Of a stretch of 64,000 nucleotides of DNA, positions 51,700-61,903 are shown one piece after another (the first letter of the stretch is position 1; each line of letters starts with the position of its first letter). The stretch is taken from assembly GCA_965237955.1 (NCBI GenBank), contig OZ250169.1, positions 4,864,001 to 4,928,000 on the forward strand, given 5' to 3'. Below the pieces are notes generated by a model. It worked only from the letters and a program-made list of their open reading frames with translations, had not been told where the DNA came from and made no database searches. Source of the stretch: Candidatus Marinacidobacterales bacterium (GTDB lineage Bacteria > Acidobacteriota > Vicinamibacteria > Marinacidobacterales > SMYC01). The translations under genes were made by a program, and so were the position numbers.

Positions 51700-52086
51700 G
51701 TGCCAGATAATAAAGACATCAAAGACGTCCAACACGTTCGCTGGGACGACATGCCCAAGGAAAAGCTCACCGAATATCTCGACCGGCGCATCATCACCGG
51801 CGAGAAGGGGATGCTGACCCACGTCTACATGAAAAAGGGCTGTCAGGTGCCGATGCACCATCATGAGAACGAGCAGATCACATACGTTCTCGAAGGTGCG
51901 TTGAAGTTCTGGGTCGGCTCGGAAGACGCCGAGCCCATCGTCGTGCGCGCTGGGGAAGTGCTCGTACTGCCTTCGAACGTTCCTCACAAAGCCGAGGCTC
52001 TCGAGGACACGCTCGACGTCGATATCTTCTCGCCTCCGCGCCAGGACTGGCTCGAAGGCACCGATGACTACCTCCGACAACAATAG
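51700..52086 (+). CDS. Cupin domain protein
   Basis: HHHENEQITYVLEG...PSNVPH...DIFSPPRQD; GTG start after GAGGAGG. Confidence 0.88.
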   Translation: MPDNKDIKDVQHVRWDDMPKEKLTEYLDRRIITGEKGMLTHVYMKKGCQVPMHHHENEQITYVLEGALKFWVGSEDAEPIVVRAGEVLVLPSNVPHKAEALEDTLDVDIFSPPRQDWLEGTDDYLRQQ

Positions 52087-52178
52087 ATCCACGACGTTTT
52101 GGACCGGTTGTCCCTTCTATTTATTCATCCGCGGCCCCCGACTTGATTCCGCGTCACTCGCCGCGCCAACATCCTGGC

Positions 52179-53198
52179 ATGCTTTTGCCCTTTTTTCGCT
52201 GTCTCGCCTCGGTGTTCAAGTCTCGTCGCGAGCTAGCCCTCGAAAATCTCGCACTACGGCAGCAGCTCGCCGTCCTCCGTCGTCCCGTGAAACGCCCCCG
52301 CTTGTCGGACTTCGACCGCGGGTTTTGGGTCCTCTTATCCAGGATTTGGAAGGACTGGAGGCGGTCGCTGGTCCTCGTGAAACCGGAGACAGTTATCCGT
52401 TGGCACCGCTCAGGTTTCAGACGCTATTGGACATGGAAGAGCGGGAGGCGTCGGCCCGGTCGACCCGCCGTCGCTCCCGAGGTACGCGCACTGATCCGGA
52501 AGATGAGCGAGGCCAATCCTCTCTGGGGAGCTCCCCGCGTGCATGGCGAGCTGGTGAAGCTTGGTATATCCATTTCCCAGGCCGCGGTGTCCAAGTACAT
52601 GGTTCGCCACCTGAAGCCACCGTCCCAGACCTGGCGGAGCTTTCTCGATAATCATGTGAAGGACTTGGTGTCCGTCGACTTCTTTATCTTGCCGACTGCA
52701 ACCTTCCGGGTTCCGTTCGTCTTCATCCTCCTCTGTCACGATCGTCGCCGTATCGTTCATTTCAATGTCACGGAACATCCATCTGCCGAGTGGACGGCGC
52801 AGCAAATGGTTGACGCCTTTCCTTGGGACACGGCGCCTCGTTACCTGCTGCGGGACCGAGATCAAATCTACGGAGGCTACTTCGACCGGCGTGTCGCGGG
52901 GCTCGAGATCGAGCAGGTTCTGACGGCGCCACGTTCGCCGTGGCAAAACCCGTTCGTCGAAAGGCTCATCGGATCGATTCGTCGTGAATGTCTCGACCAC
53001 ATGATTATCCTGGGCGAGCGGCACCTGAGGCGAATCCTTAGAGACTACACTGGCTACTATCATTCTTGCCGGACGCACTTGTCGCTCGAGAAGGATGCGC
53101 CCGACTCTAGGCCGGTGGAGCCTCTCGCCATGGGTAAAGTGAGTGCCATTCCGAAGGTAGGTGGCCTCCATCACCGATATACCCGACTCGCCGCCTGA
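52179..53198 (+). CDS. Integrase-core (rve) DDE transposase
   Basis: ENLALRQQL, WGAPR, VDFF, RDRD, WQNPFVER and GGLHHRY motifs. Confidence 0.9.
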   Translation: MLLPFFRCLASVFKSRRELALENLALRQQLAVLRRPVKRPRLSDFDRGFWVLLSRIWKDWRRSLVLVKPETVIRWHRSGFRRYWTWKSGRRRPGRPAVAPEVRALIRKMSEANPLWGAPRVHGELVKLGISISQAAVSKYMVRHLKPPSQTWRSFLDNHVKDLVSVDFFILPTATFRVPFVFILLCHDRRRIVHFNVTEHPSAEWTAQQMVDAFPWDTAPRYLLRDRDQIYGGYFDRRVAGLEIEQVLTAPRSPWQNPFVERLIGSIRRECLDHMIILGERHLRRILRDYTGYYHSCRTHLSLEKDAPDSRPVEPLAMGKVSAIPKVGGLHHRYTRLAA

Positions 53199-53251
53199 GC
53201 TCACCAGGACTCCCCCCCGAGGACTCTCACGCGAGTAGAGCCTCCTCGTTT

Positions 53252-53854
53252 TGTATTGGTTCAGCGTGAAGATGACAGCGAGGTTGGACGTTAACGCAAC
53301 GCCCGGCGGCAGGATGTCCCCTATCGCCCCAGGGATCGTACCAGAGTGCTCGGGGGCGTCAAGGGTAAAGCGCGCTGCGCGCGCCGGCTTCGCCGCCCTT
53401 GACGCCCCCTGCGCTCTCTGGTACTCAATGCTTGTGGGCGAGAGGGAACGGAGTGGGGCTCCTGGGATCAGAGTGTTCATGCGGGCACCTTGTTCGCACG
53501 GCGCTCACGCCGCAGCTTCCGAGCCTGCTCGAGTTTGCGGTCTCGCTCCGACCAGATCTGGGTGGCCTTGCCATCCATGAAGTCCAGCGGCGCAATGTAG
53601 CCGATCGCGCTGTGCAGGCGAACCCCGTTGTAATATTCGACGAATCGTTCCATCAAGCGGCGAGCCTCTTCGAGGCTCGTGGGGCTGGCAGGACGCAGAG
53701 CGTCCGATTTTATCGTCTTGTGCCAACGCTCGATCTTCCCGTTCGATTGCGGGTAGTACGGCGCGGTCCTCACGTGCGTCATCCCTGAGATGCGGATGAA
53801 TGCCTTGAAGTCCTTCGCGATGTACTGCGGACCGTTGTCCGAGATGATTCGAGG
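53252..53854 (-). mobile_element. Truncated second copy of the IS3 (right end plus OrfB C-terminus)
   Basis: Near-identical to 45558-46163; right IR TGTATTGGTTCAGC at 53252. Confidence 0.9.
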
Positions 53855-53990
53855 TTTCACCCACTACCACGTCGTATTCCGAAACGCCTGGTGCGCCAGG
53901 AGGCCCCTCAGGGCCCGGCGGTCCGGTACAGCCTCCTGCGGATAGCGCCGCCACCACCAGGATCGCCAATCCAAGTCTCTGATTTCTCAT
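53855..53990 (-). pseudogene. Collagen-like lipoprotein, 3'-truncated by fusion to the IS3 fragment
   Basis: MRNQRLGLAILVVAALSAGGC-TGPPGPEGPPGAPG; RBS AGGAG. Confidence 0.65.
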
Positions 53991-54027
53991 ATTCACTCCT
54001 TTCAATCGCTCCGAGATAGATGAACGC

Positions 54028-54381
54028 TCAGACGTCGCATTGACCATCGTAGGACGCCACTCGGCGCGGTAATTTGTCGCCCTCGAACACAGACAAGCGT
54101 ATTGCACAGCAGGCCTCGTAACAACGCTCGTCCGGGGCCCATTGAACGAATGTGCGTGTGACATTGTCATTGTCGAACCGAAACGAGTATTGCCGCTGAA
54201 TCATCCAGAACTGGCGTTCCTCTTCCGAGAGTACATCCCACCGGTCACGAAAGGCCGGCGCCCGGAGCGGTATTGACTGCGTCGCCTTTGGAACACCATT
54301 CGCGTCCGGCCTGGGAGCAGGACGATCGCATGCCACCGCCCAAGCTAGAAAGGGTGCGGTCAGCAGGATAGAAGGCCTCAT
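54028..54381 (-). CDS. Hypothetical lipoprotein (cassette-like ORF)
   Basis: Lipobox AVAC; ATG ~30 bp after the attC R' site. Confidence 0.55.
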   Translation of the reverse strand: MRPSILLTAPFLAWAVACDRPAPRPDANGVPKATQSIPLRAPAFRDRWDVLSEEERQFWMIQRQYSFRFDNDNVTRTFVQWAPDERCYEACCAIRLSVFEGDKLPRRVASYDGQCDV

Positions 54382-54412
54382 GGTCACATTCACTGTGTCT
54401 ACGCAAAGAGAC

Positions 54413-54518
54413 GACGAACGTGCTGCTGAGCTGCGGCCGGCTTCGTTGAAGATGATGTAGATCTGAATCGTTGGTCGAGCCGTAGGTGCCGGCCGTCGGC
54501 TCCAGCGAATGGTTCTGC
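54413..54518 (-). other. Integron attC recombination site
   Basis: R'' GCAGAAC-5nt-L'' GCTGGAGC-CGACGGCCGGC...GCCGGCCGCA-L' GCTCAGC-5nt-R' GTTCGTC; extrahelical bases in canonical positions. Confidence 0.75.
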
Positions 54519-54553
54519 GGCCCCTTAGTACGAACAACCTGTTTCCAATGTGA

Positions 54554-55504
54554 TCAGAATCTACGGGAGGAAGTCGCAGAAAGTACGAAATCTCGGATGT
54601 CCCTGAGGGCGTCCTCCCGAAAGATGCTGTTTCCTTCTCCTGTGGGTGATTCAAGTGCATGCCCGGAGCCCTCGTAAATTCTTACATCAATGTTCGGCTT
54701 GCCAAGGGATCGCAAGATCTCAGCGCTCTCGCTCGAGGGCACGTTTGTATCCAGCTCGCCGTACAAGACCAAGGACTCGATGGAAAGCCTTTGCCAATAG
54801 GGGACAGCATCAAAGTTTCCGATGGAATCCCAGAACACTTTTTGACGGACGTTGATGATCATCCAGGATGATGGGTAAGCGAGCAAGTCCGATAAGCCGG
54901 GCAGGAAGCCTATTTCCCTAAGATTGTGGGTTTCCTCGTACACCAGTTGATCGTGCATCGGAAGCGCTCCGCCTACTACGTTCACTAAGAAGGTGACGTC
55001 TGGCGATTCAGTTGCGACGAGAGGAGCGAAGTGCCCTCCCTGGCTCATACCGATTATTCCAATATTGGAGACAGCCACCTCATCTTGACTTTTAAGAAAA
55101 GATACAGCTGCCAAGGTGTCAGTGGCGAGATCAACAAAGCTTGCCGTACGCCAGTCACCTTCGGATTGTTCCGATCCACGTTTGTCTGGAAGAAGAACCA
55201 CAACGCCGTTTTCTTGCAGAGACTGGGTCAGTGTGAGATACCAGCCGCTATCGCGACGGCTGGTGCCGGACCCATGGACGATCACAGCCGCGGGGAACGG
55301 GCCCTCTCCTTCAGGAACGAACAACATGCCCGCTAGCTCCAAGTCCTGCGCGGTGTTCTGAAAGCTGATCTCCTGATAACTCGTATCGTTAAGCTCGACC
55401 CACTCGAAGCTCCGCCGTTCTGGTTTGGCGAACTGGGTAACCAGGATAGGGATAATGAGTAGAGCAAGGAACCCGAGCAATAATACTGTTATGTATCTCT
55501 TCAT
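54554..55504 (-). CDS. Alpha/beta hydrolase (S9/S15-like)
   Basis: HGSG, DKRG.E.S.G, GMSQGG, GELD and GH motifs; N-terminal TM; lower GC. Confidence 0.88.
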   Translation of the reverse strand: MKRYITVLLLGFLALLIIPILVTQFAKPERRSFEWVELNDTSYQEISFQNTAQDLELAGMLFVPEGEGPFPAAVIVHGSGTSRRDSGWYLTLTQSLQENGVVVLLPDKRGSEQSEGDWRTASFVDLATDTLAAVSFLKSQDEVAVSNIGIIGMSQGGHFAPLVATESPDVTFLVNVVGGALPMHDQLVYEETHNLREIGFLPGLSDLLAYPSSWMIINVRQKVFWDSIGNFDAVPYWQRLSIESLVLYGELDTNVPSSESAEILRSLGKPNIDVRIYEGSGHALESPTGEGNSIFREDALRDIRDFVLSATSSRRF

Positions 55505-55522
55505 CGCATCGGTGCTCCAACC

Positions 55523-56845
55523 CGTCGTGTCCAAAAACTGAAACGGCCTGAATGGCAGCTCGAACACCTGTCTGCGAGACGGCTGAGCCGCGGCTGGAAC
55601 CGTTGCCCTTGTGCAGATCGGAGCCGAGCAAACTTGCCGCGATGGAGGCGCCAAGCGTTACGCGGCCTCACGGTAATAGTATTTGAGTAGTCCACCCAAG
55701 CGCTGGCGACACCGGACGGGGCCTTGACGCTCTCCGATGCGCTTTTCGGGCTCGATCAACGCGTTACCCAACCCTTGATGGTTGCGCTCTCCATGATAAT
55801 GACGAACGAACTCGGTGACGGCACGCCACAGCGATTGCTCACCGAAGAAGATCATCCGGTCCAGACACTCGCTTTTGATGGAAAGAACGAAGCGTTCGAT
55901 ATACGCGTTCAGATTTGGGGAGCGCGGTGGCAGTCGAACAACTCGAGTTCCAGCAGCCTCCAGCAGACTGCGAAATCCCTCGGCGAATTTCTTATCCCGG
56001 TCCATGATAAGGAATCGCTTGCCGAGCAAGAAGCCGTCGACCGGGTCAGTAAGGTTCCGACCGACCTGCATCATGAACGCGCTGTCAGGACCGGGAGATA
56101 TTCCCGCAATGTGCACTCTTCGCGAGGACAATTCGGTCACGATAAGCACGTAGAACGTCACCAGCCTCCCGAGGGTGGAGACTTCGACGGTGAAGAAATC
56201 GGTCGCGGCGAGAGTTTCCCAATGCGCGTTGAGGAACGTGCGCCACGTGGTCCGCCTGCCTCTCTCCGGTGCGGGCTCGATGCCGTGCTCTCTAAGGATG
56301 TTCGCGATCGTGCCCCTGGAAACGGTATGGCCGAGATTCGAGAGGGCACCTCGAATTCGCGTGTACCCCCACCTCGGATTTGCCTTCGCCATGCACACTA
56401 TGAGCTCGGTAATCTCGAGCATGACCCGCGGGCGGCCAGGCCTCTTCCTTTGCGAGCTATAGTCCCACTTTTTCGCAATCAGTTTTCGGTGCCAAGCTAA
56501 GATGGTGTCCGGCGTGACGATCCCGGCGACTTCTGCCAAGAGTTTCCGGCCGACGGCCTTGCCCTTTGCAGCGAGCCGCCGCCGCTCGTCGTCGGTGAAG
56601 CGAAGTCTTGGCCCGCGGAGCCGAGCTTTGAGGACTCGGTTCTCCTCGAGCAAGTAATCGATGACGACCTGCTGGTCCCGTTGGATCCAACCAGCCACGG
56701 CGACGACCAAGAATGTCCACGGTTGGATCGCGGTGTTCATGACGACGGATTCTAGCTTTTAATGGCGAGCCAAGCATAAACGGGTCAGCTCTCAAGCGTC
56801 ATCTGACCCGGGTTTCAGGGTTCGATCGAGTTCTTGGACAGCACG
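55523..56845 (-). mobile_element. rve-transposase element with imperfect terminal IRs
   Basis: CGTCGTGTCCAAAAACT at the left and AGTTCTTGGACAGCACG at the right; no TSD found. Confidence 0.6.
55658..56740 (-). CDS. Integrase-core (rve) DDE transposase
   Basis: YLLEENRVL, WGYTRI, TDFF, MDRD, NAYIER and RLGGLLKYY motifs. Confidence 0.9.
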   Translation of the reverse strand: MNTAIQPWTFLVVAVAGWIQRDQQVVIDYLLEENRVLKARLRGPRLRFTDDERRRLAAKGKAVGRKLLAEVAGIVTPDTILAWHRKLIAKKWDYSSQRKRPGRPRVMLEITELIVCMAKANPRWGYTRIRGALSNLGHTVSRGTIANILREHGIEPAPERGRRTTWRTFLNAHWETLAATDFFTVEVSTLGRLVTFYVLIVTELSSRRVHIAGISPGPDSAFMMQVGRNLTDPVDGFLLGKRFLIMDRDKKFAEGFRSLLEAAGTRVVRLPPRSPNLNAYIERFVLSIKSECLDRMIFFGEQSLWRAVTEFVRHYHGERNHQGLGNALIEPEKRIGERQGPVRCRQRLGGLLKYYYREAA

Positions 56846-57175
56846 CCGTCACGTGCACTCGCACCAGCCGTCCGCCAGTCCGCCTTGCGTGAGCGCATTT
56901 CCTGCAGGACCCTCGCTCTCGCCTCTCTTACCGCGCTCGCCCTGTCATCCTCGTGTGGTATCTGGAGCAGGACGAACACGGCGTGTGGCAGAAGGGCTGG
57001 ACCTCCGAGAGTTGTGGCGATTCCACCACCGACCCAGAGCTCGACGCTCATGACAACGAGCCCAGCAGATGACTCTGTCCCCGGATCGCGAGTAGCGGAC
57101 CCAAGGACGTTATGGTTCGATAGATCGAATTCAAGCTGACCCGCGTGACTTATGGCACGGCACAGCTGTATAACA

Positions 57176-57694
57176 TCACGTGTAGCCGTCGGACGCTGCT
57201 GAACGGACTAATTCCGCCAATTGCTCCCGACTCGGAAACGCGTCAACGAGATATCGCGGTGGGCACATGCCTTGTTTTCTCATCATGCCTCCGGTGATCT
57301 CGAGAACACGGTCCCATGACGCACTCCCGACGAGCTTCTCCTCCTCCGACAATTCATCGTCGAAGAAATGGACGGCATCCGCCTCCGGCAGAAGCGTCAC
57401 AACGCCCTTCGAGCACACGCAGTAACTCGACACCTTCCCCGTCTCACTATTCTGTGTCGCGGTGTAGCTCGCAACGAACACATCCTCTTCGTTTCGCTCG
57501 TGGAGCTGATCGAGCAACGTTTTCTGTTCGTCGTAGTCCCGGGTGATTGATTGGTATCGCAGATACTCGAATCGAGACTGAAGCGAATGGCCCTTTGTGA
57601 GTCGGAACGAAACCCATTTGTCCCACTGAAGCCGCACCGGAATCGCCGTCATGAAGCGTGTGTCTGACGTTGCGGCCTCCGCAAGCTCGGCCAT
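57176..57694 (-). CDS. Hypothetical protein, probably an N-truncated fragment
   Basis: 172-aa ORF with protein-like composition; no recognised motif. Confidence 0.45.
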   Translation of the reverse strand: MAELAEAATSDTRFMTAIPVRLQWDKWVSFRLTKGHSLQSRFEYLRYQSITRDYDEQKTLLDQLHERNEEDVFVASYTATQNSETGKVSSYCVCSKGVVTLLPEADAVHFFDDELSEEEKLVGSASWDRVLEITGGMMRKQGMCPPRYLVDAFPSREQLAELVRSAASDGYT

Positions 57695-58493
57695 CTTCGC
57701 ACCCGCGCCAGAACCGATTCGTGCAACAACGCCCGTTTGCCGCAGAGGGCTATCGCCTTCGTATTCGGCAGCTCAGCCACGTCGATCCGTCCTCCGGTTG
57801 CACGAATGCCTCTAGCCGCCTTGCAACACTTGGTGGCGGAAGCACCGACGACGACGACGGACCGCGCGTGCTCGGTGGTGTACACGTGCTCGCTTCACCT
57901 GGGGCTCTGAGGGGGACTTGCCGTGACCCCGATCACGGATCTGCCTCTGTCGTCGTCCACCGTGTAGCGAAGTCCACTACAGTCTGTGCGAAGGTTGTCA
58001 CGCTAAATCCATAGCTCGTGGGTCTTTCCTTCCTCTCGCCTCGTTGGTACGAAACTTGCACTAGCAGCGTGCATGGTGCCCGAGGAACAGACGCGCCGAG
58101 GATGGCGAGCATCGTGTCGATCCATTCTCATCACCACCGCTCTCGTGGCAGGTGTGCTCTCGCTCGGCAGCACCGTCGCCTCGCTCCGATCACTCGAGCG
58201 CTTCGCTCCGATAGGGCGGAGCGAGCTCCAGGCGATAGAGCGTCGAGTCGACGGACTGGGGCGTCGACTCGGCCAATTGAACCAGCGCGAGCAGCTCGGC
58301 GAATGGATCCAGCAGGAGATGCGACGCGCCAACCCGAGGCTCGAGATCGTCGAGGCGCGTGCCTACAGCCGTCTGTTGCTCGAAATCACCGACAAGTACA
58401 CCTCCGTCGATCCGCTCTTTCTGCTGGCGGTCGGTGTCGTAGAAAGTCATTTCGACACCCGGGCCACGAGTCAGGCCAAAGCGTGCGTATTCC

Positions 58494-58645
58494 GGGGCAT
58501 CGTGAACGCAGATTCCAGCCGAAGGTGAACATCCATTCCAAAGCATCGTGAACACGGATTCCGGGGATCGTGAACATCGATTCCGGGGAAGGTGAACACG
58601 GATTCCAGGCAACGTGAACGCCGGTTCCGGCATCGCGAACGCTCA
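58494..58645 (+). repeat. About seven ~22-bp GTGAAC...TTCC repeats at the IS21 left end
   Basis: Degenerate tandem transposase-binding motifs; inverted copies at the right end. Confidence 0.8.
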
Positions 58646-58703
58646 TCGATAGCACGTTTCAAGGCAACTCTAGGTCGTACCCGGAAGGAGGACGATCTAG
58701 GAA

Positions 58704-60260
58704 ATGGCAGCTAAGAGGTTATCGATGAGAAAAATACGAGAGGTTCTAAGGTTAAAGTACGAGCTGGGTTTTACTCACCGCATGATCGCAAAGGCACTTC
58801 GCGTGGCGGTTGGAACGGTGAGTGAGTACCTGGCCAAGGCGAAGAAGGGTGGTCTGAGCTGGCCGCTCCCGGAGGAGCTGAGCGAAGGGGAGCTGGAGGC
58901 AGGGCTGTTTCCGCCGCCGGGCTCGTCTGGCGCACGGCCGGGTCTGGACTATGCCCACATCCACGAGGAGCTGAGGCGTCACCGAGAGCTGACGTTGCTG
59001 CAGCTGTGGGTGGAGTACGCGGAGAATAAGCCGGGAGCGTACGGCTACAGCCGTTATTGCGAGCTGTACGGTCAGTGGAAGAAGAAGCTGAACCCGACGA
59101 TGCGTCAACGGCATCGAGCAGGCGAGAAGACATTCGTCTATTTTTCGGGGAAGAAGCCTCACATCGTCGATCCGAAAACGGGAGAGCTCGTCGAAATGGA
59201 GCTGTTCGTCGGGACGTTGGGCGCGAGCAGTTACACCTACGTCGAAGCGACACTGAACCAGTCGCTGGAATCGTGGGCGAAGGCCCATAAGGGGATGTCG
59301 GATTACTTCGGTGGCAGTACGGAGATCTGGGTTCCGGACAACTTGAAGAGCGGCGTGGATTTGGTGGACCGTTACGAGCCAGGGATCAACCGGACGTACG
59401 AAGAGCTGGCGACGCATTACGGTGCGGTTGTGGTCCCGGCTCGGGTGTTCAAGCCGAAAGACAAAGCGAAGGTGGAGTCGGCAGTGCAGGTGGCGCAGCG
59501 CTGGATCCTGGCGGTGCTTCGTCATCGCACGTTCTTCAGCCTGGCGGAACTGAACGAAGCCATCTGGGAGAAGTTAGAGGTCCTGAATGCGCGTCCGATG
59601 CAGAAGCTCGGTGTGAGTCGGCGGGAGTTGTACGAAAGGCTAGACCGGCCCGTACTGAAACCGCTACCGCAGGAGAGCTACGAGTTATCGACGTGGAAGC
59701 GGTGCAGAGTGAACATCGACTACCACGTGGAGGTGGAGAACAACTTGTACAGCGTTCCCTATCAGCTCATTCACGAGAAAGTCGAGGCACGGGTGACGGC
59801 CTCGGTGGTGGAGGTCCTGTTCAAGGGAAAGCGCGTCGCGTCGCATCCCCGCAAGAAAGGAAAGGGGCACTACTCCACGAACCCGGAGCATATGCCACGT
59901 TCGCATCGGGAGCACCTGGAGTGGACGCCGTCGCGGCTGCTCCACTGGGCGGAGCAGTCAGGTCGCGCCACGGGAAGGCTGGTTGCGGGGATTCTAGAGA
60001 GTCGGCCTCACCCGGAGCAGGGATTTCGCTCTTGCCTGGGAGTCATGCGACTAGGCAGCCGCTGGGGCAGTGAGCGTCTCGAGGCCGCTTGCGCACGAGC
60101 GGAAGCTTTGAGCTCTTACAGCTATCGCACGGTGAAAAACATTCTCTCGGCTGGTCTGGATCGTGTGGTGCTCGAATCGGACGCCGAAGCGAAACCGCGA
60201 GAGGAGCACGAGAACATCCGAGGCGCGGATCACTACGAAGGAGGAGAGTCCCGATGCTGA
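58704..60260 (+). CDS. istA: IS21 transposase IstA
   Basis: MRKIREVLRL, VPDNLKSGV and KDKAKVE motifs; first catalytic Asp reads Tyr (FVYFSG). Confidence 0.92.
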   Translation: MAAKRLSMRKIREVLRLKYELGFTHRMIAKALRVAVGTVSEYLAKAKKGGLSWPLPEELSEGELEAGLFPPPGSSGARPGLDYAHIHEELRRHRELTLLQLWVEYAENKPGAYGYSRYCELYGQWKKKLNPTMRQRHRAGEKTFVYFSGKKPHIVDPKTGELVEMELFVGTLGASSYTYVEATLNQSLESWAKAHKGMSDYFGGSTEIWVPDNLKSGVDLVDRYEPGINRTYEELATHYGAVVVPARVFKPKDKAKVESAVQVAQRWILAVLRHRTFFSLAELNEAIWEKLEVLNARPMQKLGVSRRELYERLDRPVLKPLPQESYELSTWKRCRVNIDYHVEVENNLYSVPYQLIHEKVEARVTASVVEVLFKGKRVASHPRKKGKGHYSTNPEHMPRSHREHLEWTPSRLLHWAEQSGRATGRLVAGILESRPHPEQGFRSCLGVMRLGSRWGSERLEAACARAEALSSYSYRTVKNILSAGLDRVVLESDAEAKPREEHENIRGADHYEGGESRC

Positions 60261-61012
60261 CACCCGAAACGATAGAAAAGATGAACGCCATGAAGTTGTT
60301 CGGCTTGGTGTCCGCGTTCGAAACCCAGTTGAGCTCGAGCGAATACAAGGAGCTGAGCTTCGAGGAACGTGTGGGACTCCTGGTCGATGCCGAGTGGACC
60401 GCCCGCGAACAGCGTAAGCTTTCTCGACGACTGCGAGCGGCAAAGCTCCGCTATCCGGCATGTTTGGAGAACGTGAACTTCCAAGCGCCTCGAGGCTTAA
60501 ACCGCGAACAGATCTTGAGCCTGGGCAACTGCCGCTTTGTCGGTGAGCGCCATAACCTGCTCATCACCGGCCCGACGGGGATTGGCAAATCGTTCTTGGC
60601 TTGCGCCTTCGTGGAGCGGGCCTGTCGTCGCGGCTTCACCGGATGCTACGTGCGAGCACCGCGCTTGCTCCACGAGCTCGCGGTCGCTCGTGGTGATGGT
60701 TCCTACGCCCGGCTTTTGACGAAACTCGCCAAGCTGGACTTACTGGCTATCGATGATTGGCTGCTTCACCCGCTGAAAGAATCGGAGAGACGGGATCTAA
60801 TGGAGGTCATCGAAGACCGCGCCGAGCGTGGCTCCACACTCATCGCGACCCAGATTCCGCTCAAGCAGTGGCACGAAGCGATTGGCGACCCAAACCAGGC
60901 AGACGCTATCTGCGATCGCATTCTCCACAGCGCGCACCGCATCACTCTCAAAGGAGCTTCTCTGAGAAAGACCAAGGCTGCGCCAAAGGCATTTGACAAC
61001 GCCGATGCATGA
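60254..61012 (+). CDS. istB: IS21 helper ATPase IstB
   Basis: GPTGIGKS, LLAIDDW and ADAICDR motifs. Confidence 0.92.
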   Translation: MLTPETIEKMNAMKLFGLVSAFETQLSSSEYKELSFEERVGLLVDAEWTAREQRKLSRRLRAAKLRYPACLENVNFQAPRGLNREQILSLGNCRFVGERHNLLITGPTGIGKSFLACAFVERACRRGFTGCYVRAPRLLHELAVARGDGSYARLLTKLAKLDLLAIDDWLLHPLKESERRDLMEVIEDRAERGSTLIATQIPLKQWHEAIGDPNQADAICDRILHSAHRITLKGASLRKTKAAPKAFDNADA

Positions 61013-61538
61013 GCGAGCGAGGGACCACAGCGTCGATGCGATAAAAACGGGTGAAACCGCCAAACCCGGGGTACCAGACGATGCGGCGCCAAAACGACGC
61101 GCGAGAATGCCTCAGGAAGCGTCTTCTCGAGCCAGGCCATACCCCAGCAACCCCCCGAAACCAGCCCCACATCGCCCGGGGTTCGGCCGCGGCAGGTCGC
61201 TGCCTACGGGAGCGGGAAGGTCGCTTCGCGTCTTTCCTTACGCCCGCTCCCTCCGGCACCGACCTGCCGCCCCTTGCTACACAACACGCAGGTAAGATAG
61301 GTTCACGTTTTCAATCAGTGGAAAGGAGGTCACCCAACACTTCATCGCTTCGATGAGCGTTCGGCTTCACCGGATTCGCTGTTCAGCTTGCTCTGGATTC
61401 GGCGTTCACGATGGCTGGAATACGCACAAAGCGAAAGGTCTCTACCAGATCTGGCCTGCCACCGGCCGCTGGCTCGCCGGAGAGCTCGGGTGGGATTTCT
61501 CCGAGGCGATACTCTACGAGCCCGCGAAGAACACCGAG

Positions 61539-61704
61539 CTAGTCCCCTGGAACAGAGGTTCGTAGCCTAAATCTCGGGCCCTTTTTGCGCGCTGGCTTCG
61601 TTGTTCCTCCTCGAAATATTCCAATATGACTTCGTCGTCACGCCTCGCCAGCCCACAAAATGGCGTCGAGCTTTAGGCCACGAACCTCTGTTCCAGGGGA
61701 CTAG
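61539..61704. mobile_element. 158-bp CTAG MITE, copy 2 (inverted relative to copy 1)
   Basis: Two nt differences from 31335-31500; CTAG duplicated. Confidence 0.9.
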
Positions 61705-61903
61705 CGGCGCTCTATCTGGACAAGCTCTTCGAAACGTATGGCGACCCCAGGCTCGTGCTCGCGGAGTACAACGGTGGCCCCATCAACGCCCGGCGACTGA
61801 GAAACGGGAGCGATCGCGTTGCTGCGGAGACGCGCCACTATGTCGTCCAAGTCATGGTCGTGCTGGACGGCCTGAACCGGAGGCTCGACCTCGCTCCCGC
61901 CTC

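Larger units (their letters stand above)
58484..61426 (+). mobile_element. IS21 family element
   Basis: Ends TGCGTATTCC and GGAATACGCA; 7-bp TSD CAAAGCG; istA-istB. Confidence 0.92.
58073..61903 (+). pseudogene. Lytic transglycosylase (SLT) interrupted by IS21 and a MITE, 3'-clipped by IS1
   Basis: VESHF...SQAKA|IS21|KGLYQI...EPAKNTELA|MITE|ALYL...LAEYNGG...ETRHYV. Confidence 0.85.

Noticed and set aside
58494-58645. Regular ~22-bp repeats resembling a CRISPR array
   Set aside because: No unique spacers and no cas genes; they lie inside the IS21 end and are mirrored at the other end, so they are transposase-binding repeats
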